DNA of 64,000 nt from Squalus acanthias. Lineage: Eukaryota. The first letter of the stretch is position 1. Each line of letters begins with the position of its first letter. The stretch covers positions 138,200,001 to 138,264,000 of the forward strand of contig CM059431.1 of the NCBI GenBank assembly GCA_030390025.1, written 5' to 3'. Both the position numbers and the translations under genes were made by a program. Shown one piece after another: positions 48,761 through 61,802 of this stretch. The notes under the pieces were generated by a model. That model ran no database searches, was not told the DNA's origin, and saw only the letters and a list, made by a program, of their open reading frames with translations.

Positions 48761-51216
48761 ATGCAGCCATATTCCCGGGTTAGTACTCCAAGCGAAATCG
48801 TACATCCGATCTTAATGAAGGTGTTCATAATTTATATTAAATGTAATTGCAGAGCGTTTAGAACACAGAAATAGACTATTCTGCACAACTGGTCTAGCCC
48901 GCATTTATACTCCACATCAACCTCCACCCACCCCTCTTCAGCTCATCTGATCACCATATCTTTCTATTCCTTTCTCGGGCATGTGCTTATCTAGCTTCCC
49001 CTTAAGTTCACTTATTTCGCTAGGAATAGAGACGGGAATTAATCTTGATCAGCTAATTAATGATGTCCCATTCGCTTGTCACTGGACGCAATTTTTTCAA
49101 GACGTCTTGAAAGTAGACCATTGCCAATTGAAATTGTGAACCACTTGAGAAGGAGTAAAAGAATAATAGAAATTATTTAATTTTACACCCAGTGCTTTCG
49201 GAGTTCCCACCTGATTTCAGGGACCGGTTACTTTTCTGGGCTGGGAATAAGTCCGGGAGCCTCCCCGTCTCACTGGGACTTTCCTTGAACCGGATTGCGG
49301 ATTAATATGGAGACTGATGACTCCCCCTTCAGTGCTCAGTGAAGTCTCCATGTTCCAAGTAAAGACCGGATAAGAAACACTTAGTGAAGAGAAGGAAGTG
49401 CTTCACACATTATAAATGCCAACATATCGCTTAATAATGACTAAACAATACTCTTTATGATATTACAGTCTGACACTGGCAATTTGTGACGCTTTAACCA
49501 AACTGGCACCGAATCTACAATTGTTTATTTCGAATTCAATTAATTTCAACTGTACTTATAAATGTGATAATTTTTTGATGTGTTCATAAAGTTATTTTCT
49601 TTCAATCTGGACAAGTGCTTCGTTTTCACAATTCGCGTGTTGAGGATTTAATATTTTAGTTCATAAAACCAGAAAAAAATGAAACCTCTGAAGAAATCTT
49701 TGTTCCCCAGTCTTGAAATTTAGACGAAGGGATGATTTGGGCCCCAATCGATATTGTTGCTGCCTTCGGTTTTTTTTTGCTGTCTGATATTCTTCCTGAA
49801 ATGGCTAGCGTCTTGTTTTTGAAGAAGATTTCGCTGCAATTATCAACCAAAATAATGTTTCCCGGGGCACATTTAGGTTAATCTTCCAATAGAGCCGAGT
49901 GAAAATCGTCCCACTTAAGTTACATTCTGTTGTCTATCATTATAATAATAAAACACTTTTCAAAACTTAATATTATTAATGTATGAGGTTACACTGTCCA
50001 TTTAAATAAAAATTTACATAATTGCATCAATGTAAAAAATAGTGTTTTAATTCGGTTGAACAAATACAAGTTAAGGCAATTGTTTTAATTCTACTTTGTG
50101 TGAAGTAGACATTAAATAATCAGATGTTACAAATTAATTGACGGGATAAGATCCTTCTCTTTGAGAGAGAGATTTTGGTTCAAATACCTTCACTCTCTTC
50201 TAATTTAAAAATGCAACATTACCTTGAGCAGGCATTTTAATTTACTTCTGACGTTCCAAACAACAATCATCCAAAAACAATGTATAGAAATAGAAATGTA
50301 TGGAAGTTACAACACAATAAAACAGGCCTGTCGTCCTCACGACTCACTGTTGGCGTTTAACCTCAAAGCGGACAAATTACCGAAAAGAGAATTTGAGAAA
50401 AAGGACCTTGTTACAAACTCAGTACTTATATTCAGTAAACAGCCGGCTGTGAAGGATTCAACCACAGCTTGGAGTTTCTATATATAAATGTTAGCATAGA
50501 AAATTCTTATCATTACACAGGGATATTGTGTGTAATGGTTGGATTACATTTAAAACATGAGCGTCACTGAAACTTTCAGACTGAAGATATGCAACAAACT
50601 GAGAAGTTGCTGTACTATTTATGCAGATAAACTTATCACATTTTTATATATATTTTAACTTTGAGCAAAATCAGACGATATCGAAAAGGCTTTTATACGG
50701 CCCAGCCAGATTTTCAATATGAAGTCAGCATAACTTACTTGAGATTATCGATCACCGAACGGGACTCTGCCTCCTATTTTAGAGCCCGAGAGTCTTTAGG
50801 GAAACATGGGTAATACTGCCGGAGCTAAAGGAAATTAGCGATTGGCTCGCGTTCGGGGCCGGTTTGGGACATGTTCACTGGTATTGTAAATCGGACTCAT
50901 TGGGTCACTGGTCTGTTTTTATGTCGTACCTTCTGTGCATTCTTTGGGTCAATAGCATCTCACAGCATGAGTCCAATCCCTTCATCTTATCTGGACCTGT
51001 TCTAAGCATTTCAATTCTGAGGAGAACAACAGGTATTTGAAAGAAACATGGCAGGAATACTGACCTGCAATGCGAGTCTGGAAATTACCCTTTGTCCTAT
51101 CAGAGGAGAGACGTTTCGGGGGTGAAATAAGACATGTGAGGTGAAGCAAAGCAGGTGGAATCCCATTTCCGGACTGTTATAGGAACCGTATCATTTTCAT
51201 TTGAATTGATGCCTCG

Positions 51217-51385
51217 GGGACTGAATATCGCGTGGAACATATATCAGGCGACCCATGGGATACCACCACTGAAGTCAATGGGACTGAATATCGGGCGGAA
51301 CATATATCAGGCGACCCTGCGACACCACCATTGAAGGCAATGGGACTGAATATCGGGCAGAACATGTATCAGGCGACCCATGCGA
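51217..51385. repeat. 62-63-bp tandem repeat, ~2.7 copies
   Basis: ctgaatatcg recurs at 51221, 51284 and 51346. Confidence 0.85.
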
Positions 51386-52419
51386 TAACACCTGATTTTA
51401 TTCCCACCCAAGGCCAATATTACACCTTTCCGAATTTCCTGAAAATATTCCTCTGATGGTTATTTTATCGGAATGTTATATATTTCAAGGAAAGCATTTG
51501 GAAGTCGAACTGAAATTGGAACGCGAATTTACATACGAATGAGTGCAGTGTTCACCCGCTATTGTCCAATTATCAATTACACCTGTTTTGGTTTCCCGCC
51601 TATGTTCAATTTCAACCGAATGATGGTCTACCGCTTAATTTTGATTCATCTGTTATGGAGACTTCAGAGTGAAATACCTTTACAATGGTTAGAATTTGGA
51701 GGCAATCGACCGCTCTCTGGGCTGAGTACACTTTCGGCAGAGGTAAAGGGGTCAGCACTCTGCTACGGAACACAATACTGCCGTGTTAGTTTTGTTTAGT
51801 TTTCATAACAAAATCTGATATATTTAGTTGTGGAAATAAAGTTGACTATCAACGAGCGGTAGATGGTGTAAAGCCGATATTCTTAACAAAAAGGGCATGA
51901 CTGTAAGAGAGACTAAATGTCCATGTACTTGTTTCCTGTTCTCACATTCACTCCGTGCATCTGACGATTCAATTACCCATCTCGGTTTAGGTGGTAATCT
52001 GCAATGTGAGTTTAAGACGGCGGGGCACGCACGTCCGCATGACATTATCTGGGTCAGAGCTGTGCTTTGTAGCAGGTTCTGCACATTGTCAATAGCAACC
52101 GAACCACAGCCAGTGGTTTCAGCAGCTGCACATTTTGGTGGATGTTGAGATTCCAGCACAATGGGACTGCACCCGCTTGAATCCATTCTTAACTATCCAA
52201 ATACAACCACAGTATCTACAGCAATGGCTGCTCCCCATTGTTACATTTGGGGTTTCCCACAAAGAAATACGCTTCCCCCTCTCCCCTTCCTCATTCAAAA
52301 CTGTCCCTTGGAGACATCATCCCAAGACTTCGAGTCAGCATCCAGATGTGCTGAAGTCGCAAATCTCGGAATCTAAGCCTTTGAATATAGAAGATAAAGA
52401 AGGGTGTTCAAATTGAGAT

Positions 52420-54000
52420 TTTTAAGATAATTAAAGTATTTGACAAGGTAGATAGAATTTTAAAAAATGGTGCTGGAGTCCAGAAATAGGTGGGCACCGC
52501 CGTAAGATTGGAGCTAGTAAAATTCAGGACTGATGTTCGGAAGCATGTCTTCACTCAAAGGATAGTGGAAATCTGGAACACTCTCCCCAAAAAAGCTGTA
52601 TCGGCTGGGGGTTAATTCAAAATGTAAAACTGAGTTTAATAGATTTGTGTTACCAACGGTATTAAGGGTTACAGGAGCAAGGCCGGTGGGTGGAGTTAAG
52701 ATACAGATCAGCCAATACCGAATGGAATGGTGGGATAGGCTCCAGGGGTTGAATGGCCTCATCATTACCCTATATTCCTAAATCCAAAATACTGTTGGTC
52801 TTTTTTCATTACTTTACCTACCTGCATGGGTACTTCTGGTTCTCCTTTAAATATATGCGACCATTCGTTACAAAATCTAATATGTCACACTTATCCACAT
52901 TTACACCATCTGTCATCTCTATCCCCAGTTCTCCAACCTGTTTTCCTGAAGATGCTGACATACCTGATCGCTGTTTAACAAATCCTTTTCTTTTGTGTTG
53001 TAAGCAAATTAAGAGATTATTCTTGCTATTTTCAAATTCACGTCCTCTAAATACACAAAACACGAAACTGGATTCCTGTGGTACACTTCGAAACCAACTC
53101 CAACCTTTCCCACTCTAACTAACATTAATGTAACCTAATTTATGATACTTGTCAATCAGCCGCCGTTATATCCACGCTGCTGCATCTTTTCTGATCCAGA
53201 AGAACTGATTTTCCTCGGGTGTAGTTACAGGACAGTTAACGATAAAACGAAGTGAACCATTTTGTTCTTCAACAAAACCTTGGTCAGGCCTCAGTTAGAA
53301 AACGGTGTCCAATTTTGGTCCCCTCACATCGGGAACTTGAGGATAGAAATGGTGCAGAGGAAGGCCCCGCCTTTAATACCCTGTTTGAAGCATCCTAGTT
53401 ATCAAGATAGGCTCAAAGAGATGGGTCTGTACACTTTGGAGAAGCGTAGACTTAGTGGTGACTTGATTAAGGTTTATAGGATGATGATGGGAGCAAGTTG
53501 TCTTTCTCTGGACAAAATGCTTCAGCTAAATAGTTTAGGATGGACCAGGAGTCACAATCTGAAGTTGTATCCTGCCAGATCTAGTTAAGATTTCAGGAGA
53601 TAGTTCTTTTATCAGAGAATAGTGCTCCTGTGGAACAGGCTTGTGCGGTGGACGCCGAGACGCTGAATTCCATTAAGCGAGGGCTGGATCTACTGTGGGC
53701 GGGTGCGGAGGGCACCTCGTACAACGGGAAGGTACCTGATAAACTTAATCCTGGCCGGTGTGATCCCCTAGACTAATTTTAATCCCATAAAGGGATCTGA
53801 GAGGAAATTTCCAGATTTTCGATTCATGATCCTGGGTTTTGATCTGTTTTGTCGCCTCTTCCAGTAGATCACATGGTTTTGGGTGGGGAGTTGAGTTTAT
53901 ATATTGGGAAGCAAAAGATATCACAACTGCACGGGACAGGCTGGATGGACTAGTAGGTCTCTTCCTGTACGCCATTTTTCGTATGTTCCTAACAAACCTT
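52420..54000. mobile_element. Cluster of old CR1 fragments (~52420-52780 +, ~52810-53200 -, ~53230-54000 +)
   Basis: KTLVRPQLENGVQFWSP and LEKRRLSGDLIKVY motifs, plus CR1-type 3' tails. Confidence 0.7.
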
Positions 54001-55049
54001 TTGTGAAAAACATTATTAAACACCTGATAAAAATGTATACTATGAATTTACTTCATACCCTCCATCTTTACAATCGGTTACTTTTTTAAAAGATGTTGTA
54101 CAAGTTCTCAAATATGACTTGACTTTCTTAAATCCATGCAGACAGCCCTTAAATTAACCCTTGCATTTCTAAATCCTCACTAATTTTATCTCGGTTTCTT
54201 GATTTGAAGCGTTTGTCCAACGACTGACGTTTGTACTCGGGTTACAGATTGGCGCAAAGTTCCGATCTAACGCCAGCGACCCAAATTGGGAGACGGCCTC
54301 AAACTGAGATATCAGACCAAAATCAGCAATCATCAGAAATCCTTGCAGCATCTCAACAGATCCCAAACTGACTGAACTCCAAATAAATGAACAAAAAATA
54401 GTAACCATCTCTCTGCTTCACTGTTTTTTTGCAGAAATAGATTCGACACAATTTAAACTCAAACTGCAAACCTCCAAAAGATGTGCAGCTGCTGAAACCA
54501 CTGGCTGTGGTTGAATTGCTATTGACAATGTACCGAAACTGTTGCAAAGCACAGGCCTGACCCAGATAAGGTCATGCGGACGTGCGAGTCCCGCCGTCTT
54601 CGAATCACATTGTCGATCACCACATTAACCCAGATGGGTTATTGATTGGTCGGATGTAGCGAGTGAAGGTGAGAATAGGAAGCAAGAAAATTAACATTTA
54701 CTTGTTCTCACAGTCAGGCAATTATTTGGTACAAACATCCCTGTATACCGGCCACCACTCGGGCATAGTCAGCATTATTCCCTAACTAAATGGAATCAGA
54801 GAATGGTGCAGCACAAATGGAGGACATTCGGCCGATCGTGCCCATGCCGGCAGATATCTGACACATTCCGTTGTGAAAAGTAAATAGCAAAACTAATACG
54901 CAAGTATTGCGTCAGTGCCAGAGTGCTGACCCCTTGAACTCCGCCATTATCGACCTACATCGTACTGGGTCCATCGAGAGGAGAATTGGCCGCGCGTTTT
55001 AGCAGCTGAAAAGGGAAAGGTCGTTTATTTCGTGTTCTCCATAACTAAG

Positions 55050-55465
55050 AGTCATGATTTGGGCAGTGATTGTATACTCACCGTTGAGTTAGAAGGTTGA
55101 GGGCTAGATTCCCACTCCAGCACAAAATCTAGGCTGACACTCCCAGTGCCAGTACTGAGGGAACGCTGCACTATCGGAGGTGCCGTCTTTCCGAAGAGAC
55201 TTTAAAGAAAGTCTCCGTCTATTTCGAAGCAGAGCAGAGGAGTTCTCCCTAATGTCTTGGGACCAATATTTACCCCTCAAACAACATCACTTAAAAACAG
55301 TTTGTGTGGTCATTATCACGTTGCTGTTCGTGAGTCCTTGCTGTGCGCAAGGTAGCGGTCACCCTTCCTACTAACAAGAGTAACCTTGCATCAAAACTAC
55401 TTAATTCGCTGTAAAGTGCGTTGGTCCCGAAGGCATGACAGGTGCTATAGAAATCCAAGTTGAAG
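55050..55465 (+). mobile_element. Deu-domain-type SINE (diverged)
   Basis: Aligns with 47731-48150. Confidence 0.7.
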
Positions 55466-57908
55466 TTTAAAAAGCATCATAGAATAGGACAGCATAGATG
55501 GAGGCCATTCGTCTATCCAGTCTGTGCCGGCTCTTTCGAAGAGCAATCCAGTTATTCCCATTCCCCGCTCTTTTTCCATATCCCTGCAATTCTTTCTCCT
55601 TCAAGTATTTATCAAATTCCCTTTTGAAGGCTACTATTGAATCTGTTTCCAACACACTATCAGGCAGCGCATTCCAAATCCTAACCACGTGTTGCATTAA
55701 CCTTTACCTTCATGTCGCCTCTGGTCCTTCCGATAATTACCTTAAATCTGTGCCCTCAGGTTATCGATCCATAAGCCATTGACAACAGTTTATCTTTATT
55801 TACTCTATCTAAACCCTTCATGGTTTTAAATAACTCCATCAGATCTCTGCTTAGCATTCTCTGCTCTGAGGAGAACAACCACAGCTACTCTATGACTGTA
55901 ATCCCTCAACCCTGGAACAATTCTAGTAAATCTCTTCTGTACCTTCTCCAAAGTCTTCAGCTCCTTCCTAACGTGTTGTGCCCAGCATTGTGCACAATAT
56001 TCCCGCTGGGACCGAACGTGTGTTTTATATAGATTTCGCATAACTTCCTGGCTTTTGTACTCTATGACTCTATTATAAAACCCAGGATCCATATGCTTAA
56101 TTAATTGCTTTATTAACATAAACGGACACCTTCAAATATTTGCACAAATGCGCTCAGAACTCTCTATTCCTGCACCCCCTTTAAAATTGTACCTTTTAGC
56201 TTTTATTGTCGCACCTCATTCTTCCTAACGAAATGGATCAGCTCTCACTGTTCTGCGTTGAATTTCATCCGCCGTGTGACCGGCCATTCCACCAGCCTGG
56301 CTATGTCCTCTTGAAGACTATTACTATCTTACTCACTGGTTCTTACACGTCCAAGTTTCATGTCATCTGCACATTTCGACATTGAATCCTGTAAACCCCA
56401 AGTCCAAGTCATTAATGTATGTCAAAAATAGGAGTGGTCCTAGTACTGAACCCTGGTGAACAACAGTACAGTTCCCTCGATCCCAGAAACGAGCCATTCA
56501 TCACAACTCTCTGGTTTCTATCCCTCAATCAATTTGGTGTCCATGCTGCTACTGCCCTTTATTACATGGGTTTCAATTTTGCTAACAAGCCACATATGAA
56601 TTATTTCTCAAATCCTTTTGAAAGTCCATATATACAACATCAGCTGCACTGCCATCATCCACCCTCTCTGTTACTTCATAAAAAACTCAATCAACTTGAT
56701 CAAACAGGAATTGCCCTTAACACATCCGTGCAGGCTCTCCTTTATTAGTCCATGCTTGTCCAAGTCGCTGATAATCAGCTCCCGGTTTCCCCACCCCCGA
56801 CGTTAAACTGGCTTGTTTGTAATTGCCATCCTGCTCCCTTTTTTGAACAAGGATGCAACATTTGCAATCCTCCTGACCTCTGGCACCACCCCGGTACCTG
56901 GCAAGTTTGATCCAAAATTGGCTCATTGGCAGGAATCAAAAGGTAATGATCGACGGATGTTTTTGTGATTGGAAGTCTGTTTCCAGTGTGGTTCCGCAGG
57001 GCTGAATGCTAGGTCCTTGCTTTTTGTGGTATATATCATTGTTTTAGCCTTCAATGTAGGGGGCATGATGAAGAAGTTTACAGATGATACAAAAATAGCC
57101 GTGTGGTTGATGGTGAGGAAGAAAGCTGTAGACTGCAGTAAGATATCAATGGCTGGTCAGATGGGCAGAAAGTGGCAACTAGAATTCAATCGGTGAAGTG
57201 TGAAGTCTTGTCTTTCGGGAGAGCTAACAAGGCAAGGGAATACACAATGAATTGTAGGATTTTGAGAAGTGTAGAGGAAAAGAGAGACCTTGAAGTGCAT
57301 GTCCACAGTTCCCTGAAGGTAGCAGGACAGGCAGACAAGGTTGGCTAAGAAGGCATTCGGGATAATTTCCTTTATTAGCTGAAGCATTAAATATAAGAGC
57401 AGGGAAATTATGCTTGAACTGTATAAAACCTTACTTAGGCCACAGCTAGAGTACTGCGTACAGATCTGGTCACCATATTACAGGGATAACGTGATTGTAC
57501 TGGAGAGAGCCAGAGTAGAATTACAAGGCTGTTGCCAGGACTGGAGAAATTTAGCTATGAGAAAAGATTGCATAGGCTGGGGTTGATTTCTTTGGAACAG
57601 AGGAGGCTGAGGAGAGACTTGATTGAGGTGTATAAAATTATGAGGATGCTAAATCGAGCGGAGAGGAAGGACTTATTTACCCAGCAGAGAGGTAAATAAC
57701 AAGGGGGCATAGAGTTAATGTATTAGGTAGAAGGATTAGAGGGGCGATGAAGAGAAGCTTTTTAACCCAGAGGGTGGTGGGGTTCTGTAACTCACTGCCT
57801 GAAAGGGCGTTAGAGGCCGACACGCTCATTACATTTTAAAAGTACTTGGATATAGACTTGAAGTGCTGTAACCTACAAGGCTACAGACCAAGAGCTGGAA
57901 AGTGGGAT

Positions 57909-58353
57909 AGCAAAATACTGCGGATGCTGGAAATCCGAAATAACAACAGAAAACGCTGGAAAAACTCAGCAGGCCAGGCAACATCCGTGGAGAGAGAAAC
58001 AGAGTTAACGTTTCAGGTCGAAGACCTTTCGTCAGAACTGGAAATAGCAGGAAATGAAATAGATTTAAGGCAAGGATAAAGCTGGGAAAAGGGGGAGGGG
58101 ATGAAAGACCAAAAGGAGCGATTAAGAGTCATTGAGAGACATTAAGAGATGATCAAGGCAAGAGGAGGTGTTAATGTAATAGGTTGAGGCTAAATGAAGT
58201 GTGAAAAGCACTGGCAGAATGAAGGACAGCTGCCAGCTTCTAGGAGGAAAAAAAAGAGGGGGGGGGCAAACAAAAGGGTGGATGAAAAAATAAAATATTA
58301 ATGTGGTAGGGGCTAGGTTATGAACTAAAATTGTTGAACTCGATGTTGAGTCC
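57909..58353 (-). mobile_element. Penelope-like 3' fragment, same family as 6812-9080
   Basis: 18-bp TSD AGAGCTGGAAAGTGGGAT (57891-57908 and 58354-58371). Begins at GLNIEFNNF. Confidence 0.85.
58003..58039 (-). ncRNA. Minimal type I hammerhead ribozyme motif
   Basis: Minus strand AGTT-CTGACGA-A-AGGTC-TTC-GACCT-GAAAC-GTT-AACT with a perfect 5-bp stem II. Confidence 0.78.
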
Positions 58354-59429
58354 AGAGCTGGAAAGTGGGATTAGGCTGGATCGCTCTTTTTCGGCAGCAC
58401 GGAAACGACTAGCCAAATGTCCACCTTCTGTGCTATAAATTGATATGTTTGTATGATTCTATGTATCTAGTGAGGATTAGAAGAATGTGGCCAGCAACGC
58501 GGCAATTTCTACCTTACTTCCTTCAGTAACCGAGGATGGATCCCATCCTGATCGGCTGACTTATCCACTTTATCTACACCAGCCTTTCTATTACATCATC
58601 TTTATCTGTTTTATCTCATCCAGTATCCTTCCTGTTTACCGTAGCTTTGGCAAAGTCCTCTTCTTGGAAAACACTGATGCATAGTACTCATTTAATACCT
58701 CAGCAATGCCTTCTGCCTCTACCAATAGATCAAAATTTTTGCACGATTGGCCCCACTGCTCATATGATACAAATAATTTTGTTGGTATGCCAATATGAGA
58801 CCTTTGCTTTCCCTTTTATGTTAGGCGCCAATCTATTCTCGCACTGTCACTTTCCCTCTATTATTTCCTTTTTCACTTCTCCTCTTTGCTTTTTTATATT
58901 CAGCCTGATTCTCGCTTACATTATCAAGCTGACATCTGTCATACATTTTATGCTTCATCCTAGTCTAACCTCTTCGTCATCCAGGGAGCACTGGCTTTGG
59001 TCGCCCTCCCTTTCCCCCTTGTGGGAATGTACCTAGACTGTACCCGAACCATCTCCTCTTTAAAGTCCGCCCATTGCTCCATTACATTTCTGCTGCCAGT
59101 CTTTGGCTCCAGTTTACCCGGGACAGATTCCCTCCTCAATTCGCTGAAAATAGCCCTCCTCCAGTTAAGTTTTTTTATTCTGTATTGCTCATTGTCTTTC
59201 GCAATAGCTAATCTAAACATTATGATACAATGATGAATATTTCAGAGATGGTCCCACACTGTGATATTCTCCACTTGAACCACTTCAACTGCCGAAGTGA
59301 AATGCAGCGGCAGCTTTCTGGACAGCCCATATCTCTGAAATACACTGAGATAATCGACCATCTGAAGTCAGGCTGTTAGTAAGTAACTTCCAACAACAGC
59401 CCGGGCAGAAAAAAACAGGAAACAAAGAG

Positions 59430-60203
59430 AAAGACTTGTATTTATATAGCGCCTTTCACCACCACCGGACGACCCAAAGCGCGTTACATCCAATAAATGT
59501 TTTTTTCCAAGTGTAGTCACTATTGTAATGTAGGAAAGGCGGCTGCCAATATGCGCACAGCAAGCTCCCACAAACAGCAATATGATAATGATCTGATAAT
59601 CTATTTTCAGTGATGTTGATTGAGGGATAAATATTGGCCAGGACACGGGGATATATCCCCTGCTCTTCTTCCAAATAGCGCTTAGGGATATTTTACGTCA
59701 CTTGAGAGGGCTGACGGGACCTCGGTCTAACGTATCCAATTAATAGTGTTTCCACTTGTGGGGAAAAACATAACTGAAGGCAATAAATATAAGATAGTCA
59801 CAAAGAGATCAAATAGGGAATTCAGAAGGACCTTGTTTCCCCAGAGAGTGGTGAGAATGTGGAACTCTCTAAAACAGGGAGTGGTTGACGCCAATAGTAT
59901 AGATGCTTTTAAGGGGAGGCTGGACAAGCATATGAGGGAGAAGGGAATAGAGGGATGTGCTAATCGATTTAGTTGATGAAAGACGGGAGGAGACTAGAGG
60001 GGAGCATAAATGCCGGCATGGCCTGTTTCTGTGCCGTATATCCTATGTAGCCTATTTATCATCTGAAGGACGGCACCTCCGACCGTGCAGCACTCCACTG
60101 GAGTGTCAGCCAAGATTTTTGTACTCAAGTCTCTGGAGTGGGATTACAACGATAACCATCTGATTCAGAGGCGAGGGTGCTACCAACTGAGCCACGGCTG
60201 ATA
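59430..60203 (-). mobile_element. Deu-domain-type SINE split by a CR1 3' fragment (~59737-60055, +)
   Basis: The two halves align with 37185-37633. The insert encodes FPQRVVRMWNSL. Confidence 0.75.
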
Positions 60204-60659
60204 CTAAAGAGGGGAGAAGGGTTTTCAACGCCTTGATTTCCTTCTTCCATCCAGGCCCGAAAGGTAAATAAATTAATCGACCCCATCCACATTTCTGCAA
60301 AGTGTTCGCACAAATCTGTGCAAATTTCCATTCTGCACTGACACCGACAGTGATAATTGCACCGTCAGACCGCTGTCCTAATAGGAACAGACCCCAGTCA
60401 TCACGGTTCTTTTCTAGATCATTAGTGGGAAGGACACATAACCAGTTATATGCAAATCTCCAATTTTTTCCCCTGCTCCCTATGTCTCGCCGAATCGTTA
60501 ACCCGTTTATAGAGATTGTGTTTGGGATTTATATATACACATAATTCATAACTCATAATCTCGCAATATCATAAGATCAGTCAACACGGACCACGAGTTC
60601 TGGTGTTTGAAGAATAATATCACAAATCAGCTAATTTTCTCGGGTATAGTAATTTCATG

Positions 60660-61041
60660 CTTATTCTACTGGACTATTGACTTGGTGTCCTCGAGTAATA
60701 ATCCAGAGAACGTGAGTTAAAATCCCACCATGCCAGCTTGGGAGTTTGAATTCGGTTTCTGAAAAGTTCGGGAAATAAAAGGCTGGCATCAGTAAAACTA
60801 ATCATGAAGCTGTCGGGTTGTTTTAAAAACAACTGGTTCACTGATGGCGCTTAGAGAAGGAAACCTGCATTCCTTACCCGCTCTGGGCCTCTGTGTGACT
60901 CCAGTCCCAAACCAACGTGGCTGAATCCTAACGGCCCCTCTGAAGTGGACTAGCGAGCCTGTCAGCTGTATCCAGGACAACTGGGGATCGCATTAAATGC
61001 CGACCTTTCCAGCGACGCCCACATGCCTAGAATGAATAAAA
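60660..61041 (+). mobile_element. Short interspersed element with LINE-related tail (family uncertain)
   Basis: B-box-like gagttaaaatccc, and a tail cagcgacgcccacatgcctagaatgaataaaa resembling ~48695-48750. Confidence 0.5.
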
Positions 61042-61621
61042 ACAATTGAAAGGATTAATATGTTCTTTTGGTACTTGGTTTCATGAAACAATGAACAAAA
61101 TAAGAAATTATCGCTTGGAGATTATTTTGGGATATTTGAATAATCAGTGATTATTAAAAATCTACTGTCCAATGTTAGCGCCTATCGCTTCAATTCAGAC
61201 GGTTAATCTTCTGATAAAATAACCATCAGAATGGACACAGGAAGCGTCTCTCCACTTATAGGGACAAGTGTAATATCCAGACTCACATTACAGGTCAGCA
61301 TTCCCGTATTCTATCCTACAAATGTCAACTGTTCCCCTCGGAACTGAACTGATGAAAATAGCTCCAGAGAAGATAAAATATTTGGACTGTTGCTTTGAGA
61401 AGCGAGTGAGAGAACAGGGCCAAACTCCACCCCCCGGCTAACCGGTTATATCAGACACACCCCGCAGTGTTACTCCAGTGTCCCGTCAGAACGGCTCGCG
61501 AGCTCTGAATGAGGACGCAGAGTCCCGATCGGTGACCGATATTCACGGGTAAATTAAGCTGACTTCATATTGACAATGTAATTCATTTTACCAAAGAGAC
61601 ATGGCTTTTGTTGCGATCAAT

Positions 61622-61802
61622 GGGGGCAATTTTAATCCTGGGCGAAAGTGTGAAATGGGCGATGTGGAATCAGCCCCCGTCACACGCCCGCCACATGTTT
61701 CTTTCCATTGAGATCCATTGAAGGGAAAATCTGGCAAATGCAGATAACAGCCCATTAGATACCGCCCGTTTTACGCTATCGGTCAAAGTTAAAATGGCCC
61801 CC
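61622..61802. mobile_element. ~180-bp palindromic MITE
   Basis: GGGGGCAATTTTAA...TTAAAATGGCCCCC termini. A related partial copy lies near 5810-5887. Confidence 0.65.

Larger units (their letters stand above)
47673..50830 (-). pseudogene. Probable MS4A (CD20-like)-family pseudogene: non-coding exon ending 50739, exon 49187-49379, SINE-disrupted exon 47673-48203
   Basis: ATG at 49351: METSLSTEGG...VTGP*NQVGTPKALG|gtaaaa with an in-frame TGA at 49217-49219. The next exon reads ttttag|VTLIILVMF...[SINE]...HRTHWWNSLS|gtgagt. Family inferred from the PKALG|V.QI phase-0 junction and WW motif. Confidence 0.6.
56897..58465 (+). mobile_element. CR1 3' half (RT to tail), itself interrupted by a Penelope fragment
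   Basis: KFTDDTK remnant and a tatgtt/tatgat tail at ~58443-58465. Confidence 0.8.
55470..59280 (-). mobile_element. Old CR1 ORF2 remnant, interrupted by a + strand CR1 at ~56897-58465
   Basis: Minus-strand fragments VVRIWNALP, IEYKSQEVM and APWMTK. The host reads ...ggcaccaccccggta|tctagtgagg once the insert is removed. Confidence 0.75.
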
